NCBI GenBank assembly: GCA_946965045.2
Contig: OX337238.1
Span: 434,001-498,000, forward strand
DNA length: 64,000 nt
DNA from: Epithemia pelagica
Lineage: Eukaryota; Protista; Bacillariophyta
Reading direction: 5' to 3'
Below, piece by piece: positions 1 to 10,187 of the stretch. Below the pieces are notes generated by a model that worked only from the letters and a program-made list of their open reading frames with translations, searched no databases and had not been told where the DNA came from. Numbering within the stretch: the stretch's first letter is position 1; each line of letters begins with the position of its first letter. Position numbers and translations under genes: made by a program.

Positions 1-878
1 ACCACATATCTTTTTCGTTGAGTTCTTGTTTTGGTCCACCTTTGTACTCTGTTGTCCCGTGTCCTGATCCAACACTATGGATGTCGTAGGTTTTATTGAA
101 TCTTGAGGCCTGTTGTGCCGTGTTCTCAATGTGATGAGATGTCGTCTCCGTACTGTATTTCATCCGGTGGTCCTCCAATGTATTCCACAGCCATTTGAAA
201 TCCACTGCTCTCTCCATTTCTTGTCTGAGCCTCCAGAAAATATCTGGTCCATTCCCATGGAAGACCTCCGTAGTATTTCATGGCCCATAACACGTCTCCG
301 AATTCCAAATTTTTGTCGTTCTCCACCCGAGACTACCAAACACATCAACAGGGAGATTGCAAGCAACAAACAGCAGCAAGGCGAATCGCAAACTGCTACT
401 TCCATACACAACGAAAAGCATTACATTGTTCTATACATCGGGGAACCATAATCGTAGAGAGAGAGAGAACGCTCCTCTTGGTGAGGGACATTTATTTTGG
501 GGGTTCGCGAGTATACAAAACATCATGGATTCGAAAAAGTAGTAACTTTGAGATCCACCTTTTTGTTCAAAACTCTATGTATATTTCTAGGTACGAGGGA
601 GTTGTCGTTCCGACCATTGCACTGACATTCCAAACAGGCGGACCCGTGAAAAGCTCCTCCAATGCGTCCTGTTCGAGCGCTGCACCTCTCGTCAGTGAAG
701 AACGAAACAGCGCTCCGCCAACCAGACAAACACCAATGAGCCGAGAGCGACGGTTGAATTCGAAGCCATGCGACATGGATTCATCAGTCACAGTCCGTTT
801 TCACTCTGTGATACTTTTGCTGTTGCCGCGGCGGCGGCTGCAACAGCGGCTTTTGATCCAATCAAGTGGGGATCGGTT

Positions 879-2387
879 TCACTCGGTGCTACTTATTGTT
901 TCCGGTTGTGGTTCTTGTGATGGTTGCTGTTGCGTTTGATACTGCGCCTTGCTGATCCAGTATTGATGGAAGCGACTTTGGGCATACAAGAGGTAATCGT
1001 AGTCGGTACACCCTTCGGTGGCGGCTTGATTGACGGCCCACAATCCCCAATACAAGTGATTGACCAAGCAAAAGACTCGAATCTCCTCCAGCAATTCGGG
1101 CAGTGTGGGAATGGGTGGTGGAGTGTCGTTGTCCTTGCTGTCGTCATTGCTGCGGTTGGACCCACCACGGTCCACCACAAGGGTGTGCACCGTATCCAAA
1201 TAGGATTGCACAAAGCATTCTTGTTGCGCGGGCGTGGGAAACCAATCATAATTGGGTACGGCCGTCGTTGGTGGTCCATTGGCATATTCATTCCAATGAT
1301 TGGCAATGTCAAAACTGGGATAATTGCAACCACCATATTCAAAATCAATCAATTGTATTTGTTGCGTGTCGTCCTGATACAAAATGTTGGACGCCAAGAC
1401 ATCATTGTGACACAAGCGAATCGTTGCTGTACTACTATTACCATCCGAGTCGGTGGGGTCAATGATACTCTGGAGCCATGTCAGTTCGTCGGGAATGCTG
1501 GTGGACGACGACAAGACGTTGAGTTGGTTGGCCCGTTGTTGATCGTACGAGGTTGGAAATTTGAATTCCCTCACGGCCGTGACAGCTTGCTCGTGCCATT
1601 CGGACAATTGCGTCCACAAGACGGGTTGCAACACGGCCGAGGATGACTGGGTCGGTTCGTCGGACGAGGACGACAATTCCACTAAATGCGGTGGCACGTC
1701 CATGCCATAATGCAACTGGGCCATCGCCGCAGCAATGCCTCGTGCCATTTCGGGTTGTCCCAATTCCACAGTTTGCAAGGGTCGCATGCCGTCCATCCAT
1801 CCTTCGACACGGCCATTGCCAAAGGCGCCATAATAGGGCGGTGCCAGACCGGCCTGGGCCAAGGCCATGTACGTGCTGGTTTCGACATCTCGATCAATCA
1901 AGCCCGCCGCACCAAACAAGCGAATCAAGACCACATTGGGAACAATCGCGGACGACGACGTTGTCGTGTTGTCGTGGTGCTCGTTCCTATGGGTTTCCGT
2001 TTCCTTATTGCCCCATAACAAGGCGGCGTGAAGGCCCGACACCTTGAACAAGGTGTTGGTCGTTCCACCGACCACCGGCTCCACCACCAATTGGTCCAAG
2101 TATTGCTGGTGAAGTGCATGATGATGCTGAAACAGGAGCGTCACCACACGGCCCAAAATCGTGGCAGGAGACTTGGTGGTTGGAGGCGACGACGACGACG
2201 ACGAAGCCGCAGCATTCGCGACGACAAGGTCGTCATGCGATAACGTGACGACTGTCAAGGGCAAATAGGGATAGCCATTGACCCAATGAATCTCGGATGC
2301 GGCTGGATCCTGGTCACCCTCTGGATGTTGTTGTTGCTGCTGCTGTTGAGCTTTGGAACGGGCCTCTCGAAACTCTTGGGGCGACAT
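879..2387 (-). CDS. Choline/ethanolamine kinase
   Basis: ORF 879..2456; likely ATG at 2387 (MSPQEF). Brenner motif LCHNDVLASNILY, choline-kinase motif LIDFEYGGCNYPSFDIANHWNE, N-lobe VEPVVGGTTNTLFKV and VLIRLFG. Confidence 0.93.
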   Translation of the reverse strand: MSPQEFREARSKAQQQQQQQHPEGDQDPAASEIHWVNGYPYLPLTVVTLSHDDLVVANAAASSSSSSPPTTKSPATILGRVVTLLFQHHHALHQQYLDQLVVEPVVGGTTNTLFKVSGLHAALLWGNKETETHRNEHHDNTTTSSSAIVPNVVLIRLFGAAGLIDRDVETSTYMALAQAGLAPPYYGAFGNGRVEGWMDGMRPLQTVELGQPEMARGIAAAMAQLHYGMDVPPHLVELSSSSDEPTQSSSAVLQPVLWTQLSEWHEQAVTAVREFKFPTSYDQQRANQLNVLSSSTSIPDELTWLQSIIDPTDSDGNSSTATIRLCHNDVLASNILYQDDTQQIQLIDFEYGGCNYPSFDIANHWNEYANGPPTTAVPNYDWFPTPAQQECFVQSYLDTVHTLVVDRGGSNRSNDDSKDNDTPPPIPTLPELLEEIRVFCLVNHLYWGLWAVNQAATEGCTDYDYLLYAQSRFHQYWISKAQYQTQQQPSQEPQPETISSTE

Positions 2388-2784
2388 GGTGGCAACCACA
2401 CAAGAAAAACCGAAACACTTTTTTTTTCGACAAAAAATAATTGGACCAATGATCATGCGACCTACCAGCGATCCGTGTATTCACTTCTCAGCGTCCTTCT
2501 CAATAATTGTACAAAACTTTATACATTAGTATGACTTGACAAAGATGGGAATTTTGAACCTAAGTATCCTTGTGTCACATCGAGTACTACGACATTGCTT
2601 CTTCTATTGCCCTGCTTTCTGCGATGTTTCTTCTCTTTCCCGAAAAAAAATGAGCCTTTGGTCGTTTCCTTTTTTGTTTTGAACGCATTTTGAATCGACG
2701 ACAACAAAACACCACCAACACCCTCGCTCCTGGAGTGAAGAGAAGAAAGAGACAAAGACCATTCTTGGAACGTGTTTCACCAGG

Positions 2785-3741
2785 ATGACTACTAGACGAA
2801 CGATTTTGGCGCTACTTCTTTGTTGTTTTCCCTTCGACGCCGTGGCGAACCAGGCCCGAGGAGGAGGTGGTGGCTTCCTTGGCATGTTTTCCTCGGGCGT
2901 TACATCTTCCCATTCTCATCCTCACGACGACGACGACGACGACGACGACAGACGAATCCGATCGAATCGAACCAACCGATCCAAAGCCAGAGGATCCTCC
3001 TGGTTCCAAGATATTGAGTTTGAGGACGTTCCAGACACGGAGAAGAAACTCGGTGCACCACAAGACGCTCTCGATCACCCTCAAGAAGAAGGTGCGGCAG
3101 TCTTAGACGCCTTGCAACTCCATCCCTTGCTGCAAATCCCCCTGTCCTTCTCGTTGAATGGCATTTTGGACAGTCCTCTGACACCTGTGTGTGCCTTTTG
3201 TGATACGGCCGCCATGCGGACCGTCATGTCGTGGGATACCGCCAAACGGCTGGGATTGTTGCCCCATTTGGATCGTCGCTATGCCGGGGCCAAGGCCGTG
3301 GGAGTCGGTTCGTGTCGCGTCTTGGGTCGTTTGCCCGCCGGTCTGTGCGATTTGCATCTGAGTGGTACTAATGATGGGACGACGGTGACGGTCCCATCGC
3401 CACCCATTACCATTTTGGATACCACCGGTACACCGGGAGTCGAATTGCTCCTCGGTCTCGATTTCCTTCGCGAGCATCGGGCCATTCTCGATTTGAGACG
3501 AGAAGAGTTGAGAATAACCGTGGACCGAACCGAATTTTGCATTCCATTCCTACGACCACGGGGCTCGTCGTCCGTCCATGGTCTTTCGGGTGGTGGTGGA
3601 GGACGAGGAGGAGATGCCGCCGCATACTCCTTTTGGGGTGCCTGGGGAACCCCCAACAAACACACACGGCAAGTTCTCTCCTTTGGCGGCGACTATGAGG
3701 ACGACGAGGAGGACGAATTCATTGACATGTCGGGAGTCTAA
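2785..3741 (+). CDS. Signal-peptide-bearing DDI1-like retroviral-type aspartic protease domain protein
   Basis: AFCDTAAMRTVMSWDTAKRLGLLPHLDRRYAGAKAVGVGSCRVLGR and LLLGLDFLREHRAILDL match the DDI1 RVP pattern (FVDSGAQ...DRR..G.A.GVG...IIGR; LLGLDMLRRH...IDL). Hydrophobic N-terminus. Confidence 0.8.
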   Translation: MTTRRTILALLLCCFPFDAVANQARGGGGGFLGMFSSGVTSSHSHPHDDDDDDDDRRIRSNRTNRSKARGSSWFQDIEFEDVPDTEKKLGAPQDALDHPQEEGAAVLDALQLHPLLQIPLSFSLNGILDSPLTPVCAFCDTAAMRTVMSWDTAKRLGLLPHLDRRYAGAKAVGVGSCRVLGRLPAGLCDLHLSGTNDGTTVTVPSPPITILDTTGTPGVELLLGLDFLREHRAILDLRREELRITVDRTEFCIPFLRPRGSSSVHGLSGGGGGRGGDAAAYSFWGAWGTPNKHTRQVLSFGGDYEDDEEDEFIDMSGV

Positions 3742-4132
3742 ACGATGTTGAGTTTTGGATTTTGCGACGCGACACAATTCAACCCAGTGTGATGGGAGTG
3801 CTATCATCTATACCTCTCACACGTCGTTGGTGGATTCAACGAAAACTACCAACCAGGCAAACCTCATGTCCTGGAGTTCATGACACAATTTATGATTTAT
3901 AACATTCTCGTTTCAACCCCCCTATAGTAATCTTTTGCACCTCATGCTGGAGCAAGCATTTCTCTACCTAGGTTTACAATGTACGAAACATCAATGGGCG
4001 TAGCCATGCGACGTCCCTTTTCTACTCAAAATTCCTTCGGGCACGGAACAACTGGGGCAGGAGCTCGCCCATATGATGTTTGTTCCTGGTGTGACTCGAG
4101 CACTGCGACGACTGTGTGTGCAACGTTTTCGT

Positions 4133-5299
4133 TCATGGAGCTTTGGCCGCCGCTTGGACCATGGCATTGACGGCTTGCGGATAGGACGGTCGTGTCTCGG
4201 AGACCAAGGCCACCGTATCCTGAACGGTGATGCGTACCGGTTGGCCGTCTCGTCCCTCTTGTTGTTGTTGTACGGTTTGCAAAATGACTTGCCACGGTTC
4301 GGGATAGACGCGATACAACCATCCATACAATCCCTTGTCCACAATGGGTTTCAACCAAAAAACGGCTTCAAAGTCGTCGTAAAAGGATTTGGTTGCGGCC
4401 AAGGCGGGGAAAAACACACCTGGATAGTATCCATCGCGAACCTTGTCCAGAGCGCCATTGACGATACAGGTGGGAGCCTGTTGTTGTGGCAATGTGTTGG
4501 ACCGCTGGTGCAAGGTTTGCACATTGATCCAATCTTCGACCGGTCCACCATTGCCCGGTTGACACACGAGATGCAACCGAGGCGAAACGGTCGGATCCAA
4601 CTCATCCAAGGTACTGGAATCGGCCAAAATGCCATCGCCCCCCTGGAACCACTTGTTCATGGTGGACGCCAAGGTGGTTCCCCACGCCAACGTCATTTGG
4701 TCTTGATTGTCTTCTCCCAAGACACGGGACAAGGCCGCTCGAATCGAGGTGAACCGACAGGCGGAACGATAGCGTTGACCCGTCCATTCCTGTTTGGTCA
4801 ATTCACATTCCTTGTCGTCGGGCAAAATGAACCAGACATCCTTGACGGTTTTTTTGGTCAAGGTGGGTACCAGTTGCGCGCACCAATCTCGATTGGCATC
4901 CAGTTCGGACAAATTGTCAAAATCGTCAAATTGACTCTTGCTTTGATCGCCACCGGCCAGGGGTGGAAATTCCAGTTCCAATTGCGTTTGGCCGTCGCGC
5001 AACGCACGCTCCAAGGCCGTTTGGGCCAATTTGCGAAAGGTTCCTTGAATGTCCAAGGATTTGGACACGGACTTTTCAAAGGGGGAAAGTCCCTTGGGCA
5101 ATGGCGTGGCACCCATCTGGGTCGAATGCCGATGCTGGTTGTGGTTGTTGGTAGTAGTCGTAGTTCGTACGGCGTCATTGGCAGCCCGAAAGTTGTGGTG
5201 GTTGTGGATCACAGGGACAAAGCCGTCCACTTGCTGCAGGGCAATCCAAGCCACGAGAAGAACGGCACACTTCCTTGAGACACGATTGCAAAGGGTCAT
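4133..5299 (-). CDS. DUF1995-like protein, probably plastid-targeted
   Basis: LELEFPPL, IVNGALDKVRDGYYP and GWLYRVYPEPWQV motifs. Likely start MTLCNRV (ATG 5299), giving a signal peptide ending ...QQVDG-FVPV (diatom bipartite 'F' rule). Confidence 0.75.
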   Translation of the reverse strand: MTLCNRVSRKCAVLLVAWIALQQVDGFVPVIHNHHNFRAANDAVRTTTTTNNHNQHRHSTQMGATPLPKGLSPFEKSVSKSLDIQGTFRKLAQTALERALRDGQTQLELEFPPLAGGDQSKSQFDDFDNLSELDANRDWCAQLVPTLTKKTVKDVWFILPDDKECELTKQEWTGQRYRSACRFTSIRAALSRVLGEDNQDQMTLAWGTTLASTMNKWFQGGDGILADSSTLDELDPTVSPRLHLVCQPGNGGPVEDWINVQTLHQRSNTLPQQQAPTCIVNGALDKVRDGYYPGVFFPALAATKSFYDDFEAVFWLKPIVDKGLYGWLYRVYPEPWQVILQTVQQQQEGRDGQPVRITVQDTVALVSETRPSYPQAVNAMVQAAAKAP

Positions 5300-5605
5300 C
5301 TCAAATAAGGTGGTTTGTTGGAATGGCATGGATGATACCATTGTGGATTGTTGAACGAGAAAAAAATAACCCACAGACCAATACACGAGAAAAGATCGAC
5401 AAAACTTCAAATATGACGTCATCGACCTCCAACCAACGCGTAACAAAATATGGAGTCCCGAATCTCCAGAACTCGCGGTCGCAGTTCGCCATCCATTCTT
5501 TGCGCAATCGCAACCAGCAGAGTGTGTATTCGAACAACAGGCACTGGGATTCAGAGAGGAACAGAGAAAGCACCAAGGTAGAGAAGAAGGATTCGACAAG
5601 ACACA

Positions 5606-5920
5606 ATGACGGAACGAAAACGCGACAAGAAGGAAGCGGATGCGGATGATACGCATTCCTCGACAACCACCACTACCAATTTGCTCTTGTATCCAAACCA
5701 ACGCCAAAACGACGACGACGACGACGACAACGGCAGCTCCAACAAGAAGGCCAAACGGGAAACCGCCTATCTGCAGTTTCGAGGACGTCGAGGTCCACGC
5801 ATTGGTGACTCCTTTCAAGCCGACATACTGCCGGTCCCTCGAGTCTCGGGACCTTCCCAGAATCCAACCAAGCCACAAACCGTGGATGAGAAAGAGGAAG
5901 ATCCCGAGGGCACACAGTAA
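5606..5920 (+). CDS. Small 104-aa protein with ELM2-like motif
   Basis: ATG start, divergent from the DUF1995 gene; GPRIGDSFQADILP resembles the ELM2 R-[IV]-G-x-x-[YF]-Q-A-x-I-P motif; basic NLS-like KKAKR. Confidence 0.45.
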   Translation: MTERKRDKKEADADDTHSSTTTTTNLLLYPNQRQNDDDDDDNGSSNKKAKRETAYLQFRGRRGPRIGDSFQADILPVPRVSGPSQNPTKPQTVDEKEEDPEGTQ

Positions 5921-7007
5921 CTCGTAAAAAGTTCGTAACAACAAGCGTCAGATGGAGACGCATTCACAATGCAAAAACCTCTATTTCTCAAAATCAGCTC
6001 AACGGCCTTCCTGCTTTCGATTCTATTCCGAAAAGATGGTCTGTATCAGGGATTTGGATGAAGTTGAGTGGGTATACATGGAACGACTTGAAACTTCTGG
6101 ACTCGCTGAAAGTTTGTCCTGTATATATAAGGCATTCATAGATGATATGTACATGAGGAAGATTCTTTTCTCTTTTTCCAAAAGCAGAGCAATTTTCACT
6201 CCATTGCCGATGCTACTGCGAGATTCACTGTGCTGGACCAACGCTCCGACCCCACCGTACCGTCGTCCCTATTCCCAGATTTTGTCCGTAGTAAAGGAGC
6301 GTACCCAGGATTCTTGTTTCAGTAGCCGATGCACCAAGAGATGTCCCCACCCGAAAAAACCAAGCTACTCCTACAATGCAGCTGCGCTTACATCTTCGAT
6401 ACCCTTGTCCACAACGTCTCTACGGATATACCAATCCTCCGTCTCCTTGAAGATTCATACCCGACTGTTGCGTCTAGTTGCATCAGGGGTGGACTAAGTA
6501 CTCCGAAAGTCGTCGTTGTCATAGGAGTACGAAAACTTTGTAGGAGTAGGAGTAGCTATCCTAGCTTTCTCCCATTGTGGTTTTCTCGGCGAGTCCCAAC
6601 CAGTTGGGAAGTTTGTCGTGGCTGGCCGACGATCTCTTTTGGACCCCAACCGAAACTCCGACATTCTCCTCTACTGAAAAGTTGATAGAGCAGTCGACGA
6701 TCTCCATCCAAGACTTGCCAAAAAGTGACCGAAAACTGTACACTACCAAAATCCATCACCGAGAAAGATGTCTCCACCGAAAATATCAAAAAAAAATCGA
6801 GAACGGAGAGAACCAAACGAGAGTGTGATCTCTCATCTCTACATCGGAGGAACAAGGTTGCTCGGGTCACCCATTCCTGCTGTTGCATCTCTCAAGTGGA
6901 TCCTCTCGTCGTCTTGGGCAACAGCAACTTGACCACAGAGCGTATTACTGTGTATCCAACAACTTGACTGTTCAGAGCTCACCTCACTTGATACGTCAGA
7001 AAGCATC

Positions 7008-9644
7008 ATGTCGTCCCGGTATGATTTTGGGGACGATACGTCCGTCGATGACGAAGAAGAAGAAGAGGAGGAGGAGGAAGAGGAAGAAGAATTTGTCATT
7101 GGCACAGCGTCGGACAACTCGGAGGAACAAGACTATTCGGAAGAAGGCGGCGATGAGGGAAGCGAGGAGTTGCCGCATCCACCGCACATTGGAGGAGCGC
7201 CTCCACCACCACAACACCACGACGACGATGGAGAATACATGGAAGAAAGTATCTCCGAGAGTGGCATGATGATGCAAGAGGACCACAGTGGTGCCAGCTA
7301 TGAGGACGAAATATTGACGGAAAGCTTTAAAGAGCCCGAGGCCTATTCGATTGTCGACGCGATTGCCGGTCACAAGAGTTACAACAGTCACGATAGTCAT
7401 ACCGACCCAGTGTTTGGCACAAGTTTTATGGCGCTGGTGAATCGAAATCGTGATCAAATCAGTGACATTCAAGCCACACAAAAGTCCTTTTTCGACGACG
7501 ATCCGGAAGAGGAGGAGGAGGAAGAAGATCCATACGAGAAAGCGGGCCGAAAATACGACGATCCGCCAAAGGAGTATGAGGATGACGATGGCCGAGATGA
7601 CTATCAAGATAGCCCAGAGGAATACGACGACGGTCCAGAGGAATACGACGACGGTCCAGAGGAATACGATGATGGTCCAGAGGAATACGATAGTCGTGAA
7701 GAGGAATATGATAGTCGTGAAGAGGAATATGACGACGACGACGACCAGGAATATGAGGAAGAGGAGGAAGAGGAAGAGGACTATGACGAAGACACGGCGC
7801 GAAACCCTTCGTCGAACAATCATGCCAGCTTTCGCACCTCTCCTGAGATTTACGAATCTCCCGAAGTCATTTACGAGGAGGCCCAAGAGTCCACGACCGA
7901 GGCATCCGACGACGACGACGCGGACCAACCCAATAACGACCAACCAATGCAAGAAAAGAAACCCGAAGATATCTTTGATGATTTTGTGGTGCAGCAACAG
8001 CAGGAACTGATTGAGTTGGAAACCGAAGAAGAGGAGGAAGAAGAATATATTGTAGAAGACGGGATGGCTCCAAATCACACATGGCCCAACCACCAGGGAC
8101 AAACTGTTCCGAATCAGGGACCAACAACATCACACGAACGAGCGGATGGCATTGTTCCTCCCCAACCACAAACAGCAGCGCCCATTCAGTTTCAACCCAA
8201 TCCCTCGGCGGCACAACAACCAGCAGGCTCGGTGCCTCCTTCGCAATCGTATCCTGCGCCTCAGCAACAACCGTATCCACAAAATTTGGCCGACCAACAA
8301 CAATTTCTTCAAAGACAGTCACAGGAGCCATATCCACAGCAACATCCACAACAAACGACGCAACCGCAGCCAGGACAACAATCGTTTCCCTATCAAACGC
8401 CGCAGCAACAAAACGGAGTGGCAGATCCACGAGCAGATGGGACCGCCGCCGCAGGACCTCCAGCGGCATATGCCACCGATTCTTCGAATTCACCCGATTC
8501 GTTGAATGAGGTCTCCCGCACTCTCGAAGAGAACGATAAGAGTACAACGTCATCGTCAAAACCAAAAAAGAAGAAGAAATCGAGCAAAAAGTCCAAGTCG
8601 AAATCAAAAGATTCACGGTCCAAGAGCAGTTCCGACAAGAGCGACAAGAAGAAAAAGAAGAAAAAGAAATCCAAGAAATCGTCAAAGAGTTCCGGAGACG
8701 AAAAGGACGGATCCAAAAGAGAAACAAGAGATACTGTAGTACCAGTCCCTATTGGTGCTGCACCCGACGATTTGTTTGAAGATGAACATGAGCCACTGGA
8801 TGCCGATTCAAGTCAACCACCACAAAGCAGAGCTGGTAAAGAAAACGAGGAAGGAGATGGTGTGTATCGAGAGTCAGGACGAAGCCGTCGGGATTCTGCC
8901 GACCCACGACAACGAAAAGACAAGCTGTCGAAGCAAAACCCCGAACAGGCCGTTGCCGGAGACTACGACGAAGAACTTGGTATCCGTCGACAATCCTCAA
9001 GAAAAGAGGACGGGGAAAGCCGGAATTGGCAATTGATACTGATATGCTGTTGCTTGGGCATTATCATTGTTGGTTCAAGTTTCGCGGCGGGTTTCCTGGG
9101 TGCTCGCTTAGCCGACGACGATGATGACGAAGCTCCGGCTCCCTTTCGGAATGCGGACGAGGGGGGACCAACTCCAGCACCCACGCCGAATCCCATCTTT
9201 TTCCCCAACAATACCATTGGTTGCCCCAACGGCAATGTACCTCTGGAAGTAGTTATGGTGTTTGACACCAAGCCGGAACAGATTGGCATTCATTTTCGAG
9301 ACGCGACCATGGCGCCAATTTGGGAATTTGGCGCCGGAACGTTCAAGTCGTTTTCCCACATGCTTCGCGAAAACTATTTCATGGTATGCATTGCACCAGG
9401 ACTTTCGTACGAGTTGGATATCACGGACGAAGGAAATGATGGAATGGTCTCGAACTTGGTCAATCAAGCAGTGTATGGCAAATTCAGCATATTTTACCAA
9501 AATGAGGTTGTGACCACCTATGATGGTGACTGTGGTGTGACGGAAGCATCGGATTGCGGTTCGTTTTGTGCCTGCAAGTTCACTCTGGAATCGGATCAAT
9601 TTACCGGACAATGCGAAACAGATTGCGACACTTTTTCCACATGA
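7008..9644 (+). CDS. Acidic low-complexity single-pass (type II-like) membrane protein with Cys-containing C-terminal domain
   Basis: 878-aa ORF: D/E-rich N-terminus, P/Q-rich middle, K/S block, one hydrophobic span (WQLILICCCLGIIIVGSSFAAGFLGA), then a ~170-aa domain with several Cys. No N-terminal signal peptide. Confidence 0.8.
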   Translation: MSSRYDFGDDTSVDDEEEEEEEEEEEEEFVIGTASDNSEEQDYSEEGGDEGSEELPHPPHIGGAPPPPQHHDDDGEYMEESISESGMMMQEDHSGASYEDEILTESFKEPEAYSIVDAIAGHKSYNSHDSHTDPVFGTSFMALVNRNRDQISDIQATQKSFFDDDPEEEEEEEDPYEKAGRKYDDPPKEYEDDDGRDDYQDSPEEYDDGPEEYDDGPEEYDDGPEEYDSREEEYDSREEEYDDDDDQEYEEEEEEEEDYDEDTARNPSSNNHASFRTSPEIYESPEVIYEEAQESTTEASDDDDADQPNNDQPMQEKKPEDIFDDFVVQQQQELIELETEEEEEEEYIVEDGMAPNHTWPNHQGQTVPNQGPTTSHERADGIVPPQPQTAAPIQFQPNPSAAQQPAGSVPPSQSYPAPQQQPYPQNLADQQQFLQRQSQEPYPQQHPQQTTQPQPGQQSFPYQTPQQQNGVADPRADGTAAAGPPAAYATDSSNSPDSLNEVSRTLEENDKSTTSSSKPKKKKKSSKKSKSKSKDSRSKSSSDKSDKKKKKKKKSKKSSKSSGDEKDGSKRETRDTVVPVPIGAAPDDLFEDEHEPLDADSSQPPQSRAGKENEEGDGVYRESGRSRRDSADPRQRKDKLSKQNPEQAVAGDYDEELGIRRQSSRKEDGESRNWQLILICCCLGIIIVGSSFAAGFLGARLADDDDDEAPAPFRNADEGGPTPAPTPNPIFFPNNTIGCPNGNVPLEVVMVFDTKPEQIGIHFRDATMAPIWEFGAGTFKSFSHMLRENYFMVCIAPGLSYELDITDEGNDGMVSNLVNQAVYGKFSIFYQNEVVTTYDGDCGVTEASDCGSFCACKFTLESDQFTGQCETDCDTFST
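7614..7739 (+). repeat. Six in-frame 21-bp tandem repeats (PEEYDDG/EEEYDSR heptads)
   Basis: Units CCAGAGGAATACGACGACGGT x2, ...GATGATGGT, ...GATAGTCGT, GAAGAGGAATATGATAGTCGT, GAAGAGGAATATGACGACGAC. Confidence 0.95.
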
Positions 9645-10187
9645 GTTTTCTTGTGGAAACCGGAAATAGAGTTGTGTTGGGGCCATTGATCAGCTTTCGC
9701 GGGGAGAATTAAAGCTACTAGAGGGACTCTTCCGACCTAGACCTCAGTTGCATAGGCGTAAAGGATTCATTCTGAACCACCAAGAAACTCATAGCGCTTA
9801 ATAGTCCCTACTCATATTCGAGCGTACGATAAGGCCTGGTTGCTTTTCTCTTTCTAGGAGAATGAAGAAGAGGAGAGTAGGAGTACACTCCTAGGAGTAA
9901 ACAAAACATCCGTTCCCTAGACTTTGCCCGGACTCGATCCTAATCCTAAGTGGGGTAGCATAGTGGTTAGGGTTTGGGTTTTATGAAAGCGGCACGCGCG
10001 CGGCGCCACTTCTCCTCCCACCGCGCTGCCAGACATCACCCATCACCAACAATACGGATAAACACGTACGCTCATCAAACATGACTGACTTGTTCGCTTT
10101 GATGGCGATCCTCTTCTATTGTGTATTGTTCGTACGAAGACGAACAATGGGAATGTGAAAGGTTGATCTCTTTAAAAGGAAATCTCA

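Noticed and set aside
1-421. Minus-strand frame MLFVVYG...CYGP-TGA(280-278)-NTTEVFHGNGP... open to the window edge; considered as selenocysteine or readthrough
   Set aside because: No CxxU/UxxC motif, the UGA-A context is not leaky, no SECIS can be seen and there is no recognisable family. An open stretch of about 92 codons can occur by chance. Needs the adjacent sequence.
4073-5278. 401-aa plus-strand ORF
   Set aside because: Antisense shadow of the DUF1995 gene; no motifs of its own.
4133-5944. Track N-terminal extensions (also for RPB8, TRAPPC6, OTUB1, YchJ, the UBA protein and the 20056 ORF)
   Set aside because: They rely on TTG/GTG or far-upstream starts and overlap divergent neighbours or promoters; internal ATGs give family-typical N-termini.
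6996-8102. 368-aa very hydrophobic minus-strand ORF
   Set aside because: Antisense reading of the GAA/GAC-rich acidic region, which yields F/L/V by default.
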